Notes: generated from the sequence alone by a model not told the origin. 35,290 nucleotides of DNA from Octopus bimaculoides (GCF_001194135.2 NC_068982.1:180885315-180920604), one strand, 5' to 3'. Shown: positions 22,300 to 33,473, counted from the stretch's first letter. Numbers and translations are program-made.

Positions 22300-22690
22300 C
22301 ATGGTACTGCTAAAACAAGACAACATTGGACTAAGAATGAAACAATGTTGTTCCCAATGTCTGTTATACGGCACTGTACTTTACGACAGGGAAATACACT
22401 ACTGGCACTGGAAGATGAAAAAACCCTAAGAATTGACCACACGGATAGGGATAATTCTGCTAATATTCGCAAGAACATCGGGAGGAAAATGTTCAGTGAT
22501 TTAAATATTTATAACTTAAGTAAAGAGAATAACTCAACATATTAGCAGGAGACCAGCGCAGAAAGAGAAAATTAGAGATGAAATTAATGTACTCAAATCT
22601 GATAGTGAAATACCCAACAACACTAGAATCAACGAAAGAAAATGCTAAGATACCAGTAAGCTAGGAAACCAAAAAGAAAATATGACATAA
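22300..22690 (+). mobile_element. R4/Dong-like LINE N-terminal fragment (second subfamily), frameshifted
   Basis: GTAKTRQHWTKNE...CYTALYF...WKMKKP...ANIRKNIGRKMFSDL resembles the R4 N-terminal W..E...CY...W...I.RK..FS.LE pattern. Recovering it needs frameshifts. Confidence 0.55.
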
Positions 22691-23207
22691 AGGATTCTTG
22701 TGCTTTCATAATAGTGGTAGTTGTAGCATTTGTAGTATTAGCAGCTGCACCATATTATCCTTATTTTTATTTTTATCATTATCACTATCACCACCACTAC
22801 CACTGTTATTATCATTATTACTATTTCCATTTATTAAAATATTTTATAAAATGATCTTTATTTTCAAACGTTGTCTTGTACTTAAGGTAATCATAAATAT
22901 GTGGTAGGGAAGTAGCAGCTTGGTGAATAGATCCAATACTACAGGTCTATAAATAAATTCGGCAGTTGGTGGGGAGGTCAGCAATAGTGACAAAAAAATT
23001 TCGCAACCTTTGGGTCAGCAGCGATCATATGTGTTTACTACTACCAGCGACCACTGGGAGCGCTGACCTTGCCCTACACAAGTAACAATTCAACCTGTTG
23101 TCTTTGTAATTACTAGTAGAGAAAACAATAATCTATACATATACATACATACATATAAACATATACATACATACACACATTCATACATACATGCCGGTGC
23201 TCTTTAG

Positions 23208-23600
23208 GAGGGACAAACAAGAATGCCTATTAATCGACGTAGTAGTGCTAGGAGATCAACATATCATCCAAAGAAAGAGAAAATGTTGATAAATATGGAG
23301 ACCTGAGAATCGAGATCGCTAAGATGTCGCAGCTATGAGAGTCGAATGTAAAGTTTATCCCTGTTGTCATCGGAGTATTGGGTTCAATACCACCTAATCT
23401 GAACAAAAAACATCTGAAAACCTTAGAGATGTCCCACGATCTATATGTATTGCCAAAGTCGGCATTACTTGGAGCTTCACACATATTGCGTAAAGTACTG
23501 TCTGTCTGAGGTCCTTATGGTGACTAGACAAAAAGTACAAATCCCTAGTGGACACAATATCTTCAATCAGCAACCTCACGATATTGTGTAGTGTGCGACT
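23208..23600 (+). mobile_element. R4/Dong-clade LINE 3' end (RLE domain, stop, 3' UTR)
   Basis: DKQECLLIDVVVLGD...KYGDLRIEIAKM...FIPVVIGVLGSIP...KSALLGASHILRKVLSV, stop at 23507-23509, then about 90 nt of UTR and (TAA)n. Confidence 0.9.
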
Positions 23601-23625
23601 ATAATAATAATAATAATAATACTAC

Positions 23626-23698
<73 letters not shown>

Positions 23699-23715
23699 AA
23701 CAACAACAACAACTA
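23601..23715. repeat. (TAA)n tract grading into (CAA)n
   Basis: Read directly. It is the tail or target of the adjacent R4/Dong element. Confidence 0.95.
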
Positions 23716-24099
23716 CAATAATAATTAAAAGAACCCATAACAAAACCAATGAAAAAACAGCGGACGGATAATCATAAATACTATAAAATAATTGCTTTAG
23801 GAGTTACACACACACACAAACACAGTACTATGCAACAATCCCCCATAAAACATACAGAAGTAAACTTATAATGTAAATATCCAACAAAATGAACAAAATT
23901 AACGTGTCATAGAAGGCCGATACGCATCAGAAAAACTCAACCTGCGCTACACAAACATCACACAATATAAAAATTAATACAAGAGAAAACTTAAACAAAA
24001 CTCCATAACAAAATTCATTGATGCAATACAATATTACCCCCACCAAAAATTTTAAAATGCAGCACACTCCACCCCACCAGCACAAAAATACAACAAATG

Positions 24100-25453
24100 A
24101 TGTAATAGAAAGTTGCTTGAAACTTTCAGATGTCGAAAATAATAGTGGTGATGACGATGTTGACGAACGTTACTTTACCTCAGTTTATGAGAGACACGAG
24201 TTTCCGAAGAACTCAGGTTGTAACAGCAAAAATGAAGCTGGACCTTTAAGAGAAGGCCTCTCGCTCAGCAGTGGATCAGTAAAGATGCAGACTGATAACA
24301 GTTGTCATCCTAAAACAACATCAGCGGATACTAGTGCAAGGAAGAGGAAGTGGAGCAGCGAAGAAAACAGGATAGTGATGCAGTGCTACTTAGTAAATGA
24401 ACCTAAAAAAGGGGCTACAGAAAACGGATGTTAACACTTTGGGTAGAGAAGGGTATGTCTAAAATGATTGATCAGAGATTATTTGATCAAGCTAATGCTA
24501 TCAGGAGAAGAAAGTGGATGGCAGATTTTGAGGTAGAAAGAGATCACAAGAGAACTGGAAAACAAAGATCAGGCACTGGGAAAGACAAACAACAACATAA
24601 GATATACATCTCAAACCAAAGAACTTAAAGAAAAGAAATAACAATAGCATTATCAATAAGGAAGGGACAACTAACACCAACGACTTTTCAACTACAGGCA
24701 CAAGGTCCGAAATTTTGTGGGATGGGGTTCAGTCGATAAGATCGACCCCAGTACGCAACTGTTACTTAATTTATCGACCCCGAAATGATGAAAGGTAAAA
24801 TCGACCCTAGGTGGAATTTGAACTCAGAACGTAAAGACAGACGAAATACCGCTAAATATTTCGTCCGGCGTTCTAACATTTCTGCCAGCTCGCCGCCTTC
24901 CAGTGACTTAAGTGCTTTAAGTGAGGAAGATCAGAAGATTTTAGGTGAGTTGCAGGAAGTAATGAGTAAGGAAGTAAGAAAAAGACTGCCAGCATTAAAA
25001 AGCAGCATCAGAAGGAAGCTACAAGAAATGATTAGGAAAGTAGATACTGTTATCGGGAAGCTAGATTCTAAAAGTATTGAAAACACAAACTTATTTATCT
25101 ATGCACGAGGGGTAGTGGTCACCAGAAGATTAGATATCTCATAGGGAATGATTAGAAAGGAGCAAATGTGAAAAAGGAGGCTACAAAATGTGAAGACTTT
25201 AAGACAACATCTGGGGAGAAGAGAAGCCTGGAAAAGAAACAAGTTAGGAAACACAAAATGCAAATGCTGCCTCGTGATACTTAGTCAAGGAGAAAGGATT
25301 TGGGACAATAATAGAAGAGTTGAAACAGTGTATCATAGCAGTAACTGGCAAGCTCTCCAGATATCAGAGAAGAATAGATCAGTATCAGCAGAATAGATTA
25401 TTTGAGACAGACGAGAGGAGATTTTATAACCAAATAAATAGTGAAGAACGAAA
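24100..25453 (+). mobile_element. R4/Dong-clade LINE 5' half, decayed and interrupted by a SINE
   Basis: From 24339: RKRKWSSEENRIVMQCY...EPKK-RGYRKRM...DQRLFDQANAIRRRKW, then TNLFIYARGVVVT, KRRLQ and EELKQCIIA...KLSRYQRRIDQYQQNRLF...FY. The 5' boundary is uncertain. Confidence 0.9.
24684..24899 (-). mobile_element. SINE family A (tail type 1) nested in the R4 ORF
   Basis: Near-consensus copy. Probable TSD CCAACGACTT (24677-24686) and CCAGTGACTT (24900-24909). Confidence 0.95.
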
Positions 25454-26079
25454 TACTTATCTTATTGACGCCGAAATGATGAAAGGCAACGTCGGCCTCG
25501 ACTGCATTAGGACAGTATTTGGGGTTCAAATTTTGGCAAAAGGCCCGCAAACGCGGGTTACGTCGATTATATCGACTCAAATGTTCAGCTGGTACATAAT
25601 ATATCGTCTCCGAAAATACGAAAAACAAAATCAAACCGGTGGAATTTGCATTCAACTCAGAAAATTGATACTGATTTCAAAGTTTGACACAAGGCCAAGA
25701 ATTCCATGGGATGGACTAGTCGATTGCATCAATCCCAGTGTTCAGTTGATCATAATGTTATCGAGTCCCGGAAAGATGAAAGGTACAAATCGACTCCGGA
25801 GGTATTTGAATCCCGAACATAAAGACAGTCGATATGCCGCTAAGCATTTTTCTCGGCGGGTCAACGATTCTGCCAGCTCAGCGCCTTCACTCAGAACAAT
25901 AATATTGGTTTCAAATTCTGGCAGAATGCCTGCGACGCTAAGTCGATTACATCGACCCTAGTGTTCAACTAGTCTCTATTTTATCGACACCGAAAGTATT
26001 AAAGACAAAGTGAACCTCGGTGGAATTTGAACACAACGTAAAGACGGACGAAATGCCGCTTAGCATATTGCCTGGCACG
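25454..26079 (-). mobile_element. head-to-tail array of four SINE family A units (one complete, three partial)
   Basis: Units at about 25454-25500, 25519-25662, 25670-25887 and 25903-26079. The last three carry the type 2 tail. Confidence 0.85.
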
Positions 26080-26127
26080 AATAACAGAACAATAAGATTA
26101 CCAGCAGAATGGTAACAACACCAACGG

Positions 26128-26151
26128 TACTACTACTACTACTACTACTAT

Positions 26152-26197
<46 letters not shown>

Positions 26198-26215
26198 GAG
26201 GATGATGATGATGTT
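26128..26215. repeat. (ACT)n then (GAT)n microsatellite
   Basis: Read directly from the sequence. Confidence 0.95.
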
Positions 26216-26599
26216 TACTTTAGTGCTGCTAATACTTCTACTAGTACACATAATTATCTTAGCAACAGCAATACCGACAGTAAATATATATATCCAATTA
26301 TTAAAGTTATAGGTAAATAAATAGCCAAATACAATTATACCATAATCAATATACCTAATACTTTTCATCAAACACTTCACAGAGCAACACTTCATGCAAC
26401 TAAAAAACATCAATAACACATTTTGTGATAATTTAGGTACAAATGAATATTTTTTGTTTTTGTTAAGATTTTATTTGATTTACTTTTTCATATTCTTTAA
26501 TAGAGATTATAATTATTCTATAATATTTCAGTTAGGATAGGAAATAGAAATAAGTAGAGAAAGGAAAGGTAGTATATTGAAAAGCTTGTTGAATAATGC

Positions 26600-26810
26600 A
26601 ATGGAAGTTTAAAAGTTTCAAGAAGTGTAAGAATGAAAATTTACAATGTCCTCGTGATAGAAACACTTCCAAGAAATTGTCCAGCGGCGATATAGCTTGG
26701 GATAGAAAACAGAATTAACAGAACGTAGATCTTGTTCAGGAGGAAATCTCCTGAAGCTAAATCTCACAGAAACATGTACCCATCCGTAAACATACTGAGA
26801 GGAATTCATG
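26600..26810 (+). mobile_element. possible old RTE-like RT C-terminal fragment
   Basis: KVSRSVRMKIYNVLVIETL...NC loosely resembles the K.RLY.ALV...LLY.C motif. Weak. Confidence 0.25.
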
Positions 26811-27254
26811 ACTGTATTAAATCTGTGGCAAGTTAATCAATTGCACAACACATGACTAGCTTGTCAGAAAGATTGCAATTACTACTCTCTTCCATACACA
26901 ATCTATCATCGATTTCACTTCTCTGCTATCACGAAATCCTCCTGTATCTCGCTACCTCCGTCTGTCTCTCTCTCTGTTTTAGCTAATAAATATAAATATG
27001 TAGGAAAACACATATGTGTCTATGAATGAAGTGAACTATTCGTAGCAACGTGCTGTATTTTTCACACGTATGTTTATGCAGATGTACATCTTTGAACTTA
27101 AATATATATAAATGCATATGCATTTTTTTTGTATGTGAAAATATCAAACGATCTATTATGTAAACACAACTTTTAATGTATATATGTTTTCTCCTCTGTC
27201 TTAAATTACTCTAGTTAACCGATTATGCACATGCATAAGTTCGTAGATGCAAAT

Positions 27255-27300
27255 ACTCATACATACATACATACATACATACATACATACATACATGCAT
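27255..27300. repeat. (TACA)n microsatellite
   Basis: Read directly from the sequence. Confidence 0.95.
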
Positions 27301-27657
27301 GCATCACGCAAATATATTGCATGCATATGTACAAATATATATATATGATGATCGGTATACAAAAGGAGAGAGATAAGTATATATTGAAATACGAATATAA
27401 ATGTTATCTATTTCACAACTTCATTAACATTTAGTATGTGTTTTTTTATGCACTTTATTTTATTTTCCTAAAAGATATTTGTCATCCTTTTGCTTGCTCC
27501 TACTGTGCATTTGATATTAATAAAATCGTTTGCCTCTTCAATATTTTCCAGAAATATTCCTGAATTCAAAGCAGAAGGTTTGAGATATAGAAGCTATCTT
27601 TATTAAACATGCCAGCGTACTCGCAGTCTCAGATTCGCTTAACACTGTATATAGACT

Positions 27658-27780
27658 CATCTCTCTCTCTCTCTCTCCCTCTCTCTCTCTCCCTCTCTCT
27701 CTCTCTCTCTCCTTCTCTCTCTCACTCACACACACACACACACACACATATGTATACACACACACATACACACACACACA
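27658..27780. repeat. (CT)n-(CA)n compound microsatellite
   Basis: Read directly from the sequence. Confidence 0.95.
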
Positions 27781-28429
27781 TTACCGTGTGTACACACGCA
27801 ATCCATATATATAAGCACTACCATTAAACACGGGTGAAAAATAAAATGAATATATAACAGAAAAGAATCGAGAAAACATAAATAACCCACAATTTATGCG
27901 TTCTCTGGGCTACAGTACTTTCTAAGTGATGCAATGAATAACGTTAAAAATATAAAATGGCGCAGCCAATGTATCGTAAACGCATATAATATATATGAAT
28001 CACTTTAATGTAGAATAAAATTGCCTTTTTATGTAGGCATCGTATTTGAGGTTTTAGGATAGTGGAAATTAAGAGATTATTTTTGTTAACTTTTCAAAAT
28101 AAAATTAAATACTTTCGTGAATAGTTCTAAACGGAACCTGAATCATTTTTACGGCTGAATCTTTGGATAGCAGTAAATTCAATGCTACATCTAAAGCCTG
28201 AAGCCTAAAGATACGCATTTTTTTTTACCGCTTATGCTTTTGTTTACTTTTTTAAACATTTAACTAATCTTTGCGCAAAGTACGGAACTTTAAATTGACA
28301 GTAAAGCGTTCTCTTCAACGTATTGAACGCAATGCAGTTTTAAATGACTAAGGCACAGTGGATAACATATTGCTGTAGTATATCAGAAATAATGAAAATA
28401 ATTCCATCGAATGCTTTTGCTGTCGCAGC

Positions 28430-28454
28430 AAAAAAAAAAAAAAAAAAAAAAAAA
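28430..28454. repeat. poly(A) run, 25 nt
   Basis: Read directly from the sequence. Confidence 0.95.
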
Positions 28455-28718
28455 TTACCGTAAAATGCTAGAGATTTAATACAGGAATTTATATTTAAAA
28501 GAGATCCTCATATTTAAAAGAGCTGGTGCTGCTGCCCAAATCAGTTGTTACCTGACTGAGTTGATGTTACGTAAAAGATCTGCTGATACTCAACAGGTAA
28601 TAACGAGTAAATCAACTGATAATATCAATTGAAGAAATAAATTGATTTTCGAGTGACAAATCAATACTAAACCGATCAACGTATGCTCAACAGATCAGTT
28701 ATTATCTAACAATTCTCA

Positions 28719-28937
28719 ACGTGGCGATCTGGCAGAAACGTTACCATGCTGGGCGAAATCTGTAGCGGTAATTCGTCTGTCTTTACGTTCTGAGTTCAAA
28801 TTCCGCCGAGGTCGACTTTTCCTTTCATCCTTTCGGGGTCGATAAATTAAGTACCAGTTGCGTACTGGGATCGATCTTATCGACTATCGCCCTCCCCCAA
28901 AATTTCGTGTTTCACGCCTAGATTAGAAAAGAACATT
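28719..28937 (+). mobile_element. SINE family A (tail type 1), full length
   Basis: TGGCAGAAACGTT A-box-like, GAGTTCAAATTCC B-box-like, central GTCGAC...CCTTTCGGGGTCGATAAATTAAGTACCAG, tail TAGAAAAGAAC. Confidence 0.9.
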
Positions 28938-29589
28938 TAAAAATTAATATAGTACATAGCATGTTACTTCGCGTTATTTGTTAAGGTAGATGATCATCCT
29001 AATCGATTAAGTTACTGATTTAAAAAAGAAAAACAGTTAGGAAGCATTTATCTAGAAATCCTTGAGATACAATGTTCTAATAATTGAATTATATATTTCG
29101 TATTTCTATTAATGCAAACTCTAAGATTACAAATGACCTAGATATGATAACACCAGCATTTCTATTTTTTCAACCAGGAAATAAGTACATATGATATAGC
29201 AGCTTATTATATAACCAAGGCTACATAATCACTTTTATATTGAAAATTAGACTGCGAGCTTACATTACATATTTTTTACCAAAAGGATATTCTTATTTAG
29301 TGTTATTCCTTTTACGTACTGAGCGGAATATTGACATTTATTGGTATTAATATAGACGAAATATTTGCCGCGGATACTGAATGGATTTCAGCAAAATATT
29401 GTGATAACCGTGCCGTAAACTATTTACAATCGGCAATGACGTTCTTATATTGACATGCTTTAATACTGTTTCATTGATTAAATTCTTTTAACCTGCATTT
29501 CAATATAATTCCAATTTTCCTACCTCGACTATCAATGTATTCAAGATGAATGTCATCGTTGATGAAGAATCTAGGGTACAATAACCAGT

Positions 29590-29930
29590 TATATGGATTA
29601 TTTCCAGGTTCAAGAACTAGCTACAAACATTATTACAACACACAATAGCTAACTACGTGGAATATTTTATAGCCATCAACATGGATTATTTCCAAATATA
29701 ATAATAATGTATATGGATAACTTCAAAATGTAATAATTAGCCCCATAAAATATATCTAGATATAACAACTGACTGCGTGGAACATTTTGAGATATATACA
29801 GCCATTCGGAGTATGTCCACAAAGAACTGGCAATGCAGAGCATTTCCAGGTACGTTAACTCTTATATGTATTATTTCATGGCGTATTAAGTAAGACATGT
29901 GTTACTGGCGAGCAAGATACATGGATTATT
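29590..29930. repeat. degenerate tandem repeat (about 120-bp higher-order unit, recurring ATGGATTATTT core)
   Basis: AATAGCTAACTACGTGGAATATTTT and AACAACTGACTGCGTGGAACATTTT lie about 120 bp apart. The core motif occurs near 29591, 29679, 29711, 29864 and 29919. Confidence 0.6.
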
Positions 29931-30144
29931 CTTTTCTATTCTAGGCACAGGGCCTGAACGTTTTTGGGAGGGCGCCAGCCGATTAGATCGAGCCCAGTAT
30001 GCAACTGGTACTTAATTTCTCGACTCCGAAAGGATGAACGGCAAAGTCGACTTTGGCAGAATTTGAACATAGAACGTAAAGACGGACGAAATACCCCTAA
30101 GCATTACGCCCGGCCTGTTAACGTTTCTGCCAGCTCGCCGCCTT
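29927..30144 (-). mobile_element. SINE family A (tail type 1), full length with TSD
   Basis: 16-bp TSD AGATACATGGATTATT (29915-29930) and AGACAGATGGATTATT (30145-30160), 14/16. Confidence 0.95.
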
Positions 30145-32058
30145 AGACAGATGGATTATTATGAGAAGTAATTGTTGAGTAATAGCAGTTATCGCTCGAT
30201 TAAGCTTCGGTGTTTGAAAAAGAAGTGGCTTTTTCGATAATGCAGTCTTGGATATTTAATTTTGTTTTATAGGTACTTAGCACCAGAAACATGATAGGGA
30301 TACTCATGATGAAACCTCTTTAAACATATTTCTGCTTCTGTAAGGAGGTTTGTCAAAAGAAAACAGACGACAAACATCGAATTAAATATGGCAATTACGT
30401 GTAATGTTATTTGCAACAATTAAGCTATAAAATAACCTACTAGTAAATCAAGTCTAATAAATAGACATTTGAAAAGGTAGAATGAATATTTTTATAAAAC
30501 TTAATTTTTTCAAGTTTACACGAGTTAAATTGTTCAACAACAACACGGGAAATATATTTTATCATATGATCATCTTTTCTAAAATCTTCTTATATAAGTG
30601 CGATGTGATTTCGTGAGAAGTTAATTTCCTGACTAAGTTGTAATTTTCAGTTCCAGCAGCAATCTCCTTCAAATGAATCAAGGAACCGTAGCCTACTGAA
30701 CTCAGTTTTTGTATTATTTTTAGAAATGAATCGCAAAGACTTACATCCACGATATTCTAGAAAACTTCACAAAACGTTGAATCAGAACGTGTATCTGGCT
30801 TATTTTGAATAACCAGATAGGAGATTGTTTCTGATAATACGTGTCATATAATCAATTACTGACGTAATTTTGGGAACGGGGAGAAATATTTCAACGTATC
30901 TGCCAAGGTCATATCGTGTAAATATTGTATCCACTCAGAGCAGTGAGAAATAAGAATCGACGTCGGTGGTATATGAACAACTAACACGACTAAATATTCC
31001 AAATTATTTAAGTCTATCACTCAAACAATTAGGCCAACCGACGGTCCAGGGATTGCAATATCAGAAATCATTCTTATTCACGGTATTTTGATATTTTCCA
31101 AGTTCTTAGAAGGTTCTCAAGAAAAGAATTTGCAGACGACACTAAGTTACAAATTTCACATTCGTGTCTTTGGATCATTGCACGTAGTATTCTCGATATT
31201 TGTTCCTTTCAGTAGAAGAATGGTCATGTAATTCTCTGTATTATCCAATGGAATCTTATTCAAAAATAAGTGACATCAATACTGAGGTTACCCATATTCT
31301 GACATTTGTATTTTACAAAATATTGAAAACATATGGTTTACAATATTATGAAATACATTTCAACTATGTTTCTTCGACATATAAGTTTTATTAAAACCTG
31401 AACGTACTTTGACCTTCCATGTCTCAAGTTCCTTTCAAAGTTTTCCCATAATTACATGGCAGTGTATCACCAGATGTAAATACCAGCAAACAGATTTGAA
31501 ACACTAGAACCTTATTTAATATAACTAACTGTAGATTAAATCCCGAAACAGATTTCTGTGATCTCTGTCGCCGTCAGATCAGATGTTATTTTCTTATACA
31601 ATGTTTGTTCGGATCCGATTTTATGTCGTTTGTGTATTTTATGCTGAATTTTACATTCTAGTTGAAGAGATTTTTTACTCTTCACCCTAATCAAAATATT
31701 TCTTTACAAAAATAAAACAACAGCAAGCGTACCGTCGGCAGCTTTAAGTAAACTCAGCAGAACACTAGTAATCATTTGAAAAAAGCGAATGTTAAAAAAA
31801 TAAAATGAATACTCAGACATGCACTAGCTTATTAAAGATATATTATTAAATCAATACAGATTCACACACATCCTTACTAACGCACACAGTTGTATATCTC
31901 TATTTACATGCATATATGTTAATATATAACTATGAATATGTATATGTTTATGCATATATGTATCTCTCTATACACACACACCCACACGCACACACACACA
32001 CACACACTCACATATATATATATATCTATCTTTACATATCTCTCACTATATGTCTTGC

Positions 32059-32095
<37 letters not shown>

Positions 32096-32885
32096 CTCTC
32101 TCCCTTTTTCTATCTATCTATGTTACAACCTGGTATTAATTCGAACGTGTAGTATTTAATGTTAGCAAGTATATATGTGAGTCTGCGTGCGTGCGTGAAT
32201 GAGTTTGTGACTAACTGTGTGCGCAAACTGATATATTTTTTCAAATGTCGATAGATGATCTCCATAACCTCTAACCATTTACGTATCTCAATGATTTGGT
32301 TTTCGTCCAAAATAGAATGGAAAAAATAATTATTGGAAGAAAGCAAGATTAAATTGCTACTTCCCCGTAATATGACCCCTAACACACCTCTCTTCCTTCA
32401 TTTTGTTTTCATTTCTTTCATTTCTTTTTTTCCTACATTGATATGAACACATCCAACAGAAAACTAGTAAATTATCATTTTTCTTTAGTATATTGTAAAG
32501 CGAAGCTGTCCAATTGATTATATGATGTTTTGGTAATATATTATATTTACCAGATTCAATTGAAGCCATTTTATATAGTTTGTTATCTCTACTTTAAGAA
32601 GTAGAAGAGTGTTTTGATTCTTTAATGTAAATGTGAATAGAAATATAAAACAATCTCTACATTTCTAATATTGAAATAAATATTCTATTTTCATTTTATT
32701 CCTGAATCAATTATTTATTAGAATGTTATTTTCCATCTGAAATATATTCAAAAGTCATTTATTTATATAATAGTTGTAACAGAAATTATCAAATTCAATG
32801 GATATTTCCAAAATACAAGTTTCCCTTCAATTAAAATATCATAGAAGGGTATTCAGGGTTATTTTTGAAAGCTTTAAATTTTAAA

Positions 32886-33140
32886 TTGCTTGCTAAATAA
32901 TAAAATATAGCGACGTTTGGAACGATCTCTAGATTGATATAATTGAAAATAGCCTCCACCCCACCACCAAGCTGATATAAAAATCCAAAAGCATTTGATT
33001 TTTGCTAAACAATCCATTGTTGCTTGCTAAACGATAAATGGCACAGGCATCTAGAACAATCTGTAGATTGATATAATTGAAAATAAACCCCCAAGCTGAT
33101 ATGAAAATCCAACACTATTTGATTTTTGTATTGCATCCAT
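32886..33140. repeat. two-copy tandem duplication, 134-bp period
   Basis: TTGCTTGCTAAA at 32886 and 33020; TAGATTGATATAATTGAAAATA at 32930 and 33064. Confidence 0.85.
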
Positions 33141-33473
33141 TTAATTTAGTCCTGAACCTCTGTCAAGTCTGACACATCAATCTTCTTGATGTAGATTAAT
33201 ACCCTTAGTTCTTACACTACACTTTGATAAAAACGCTAATGCTTTTTCCAATATTATCTTTAAACATTCTACACATATCTGTTAGATCGCACACTCCACT
33301 ATCGAAACAATTTACATACAAAGATAATACATAATACACCTTTCTAATAAGTAGTTGGTACACATATCAGAAATGGGCTGAGGAATATGCATTTATAACA
33401 AGGTCAAGGAAAACGATTTGATAGAAGGCCTATTCGCTGAAAGACATTGGTTGCAGGAAAAGTTTAAATATTT

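Noticed and set aside
23510-23540. Similarity of the R4 3' UTR (GGTCCTTATGGTGACTAGACAAAAAG) to the SINE A type 1 tail
   Set aside because: It is short, gapped and not at the element terminus, so it is too weak to claim a partnership.
25320-25961. 213-aa ORF, the longest ORF outside the N-gap and simple-repeat regions
   Set aside because: It is a chimera. About 45 codons of decayed R4 ORF run into the antisense strand of the SINE array.
25454-26079. Repeat-spacer-like array suggesting a CRISPR
   Set aside because: The units are 150-220 bp SINE copies in eukaryotic DNA. There are no short identical repeats and no cas genes.
28584-28606. TGATACTCAACAGGTAATAAC resembling miR-8/miR-200
   Set aside because: The seed differs and several other positions mismatch. 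Conserved miRNAs are near-invariant.
29590-29930. Recurring MDYF on plus, suggesting a reflectin
   Set aside because: It lacks the M/F-D-x5-M-D-x5-M-D spacing and the Met/Tyr/Arg-rich composition, and the frames are full of stops.
30273-30339. Exon-like segment with YLAPE, resembling kinase subdomain VIII
   Set aside because: All three frames contain stops and there are no other kinase motifs.
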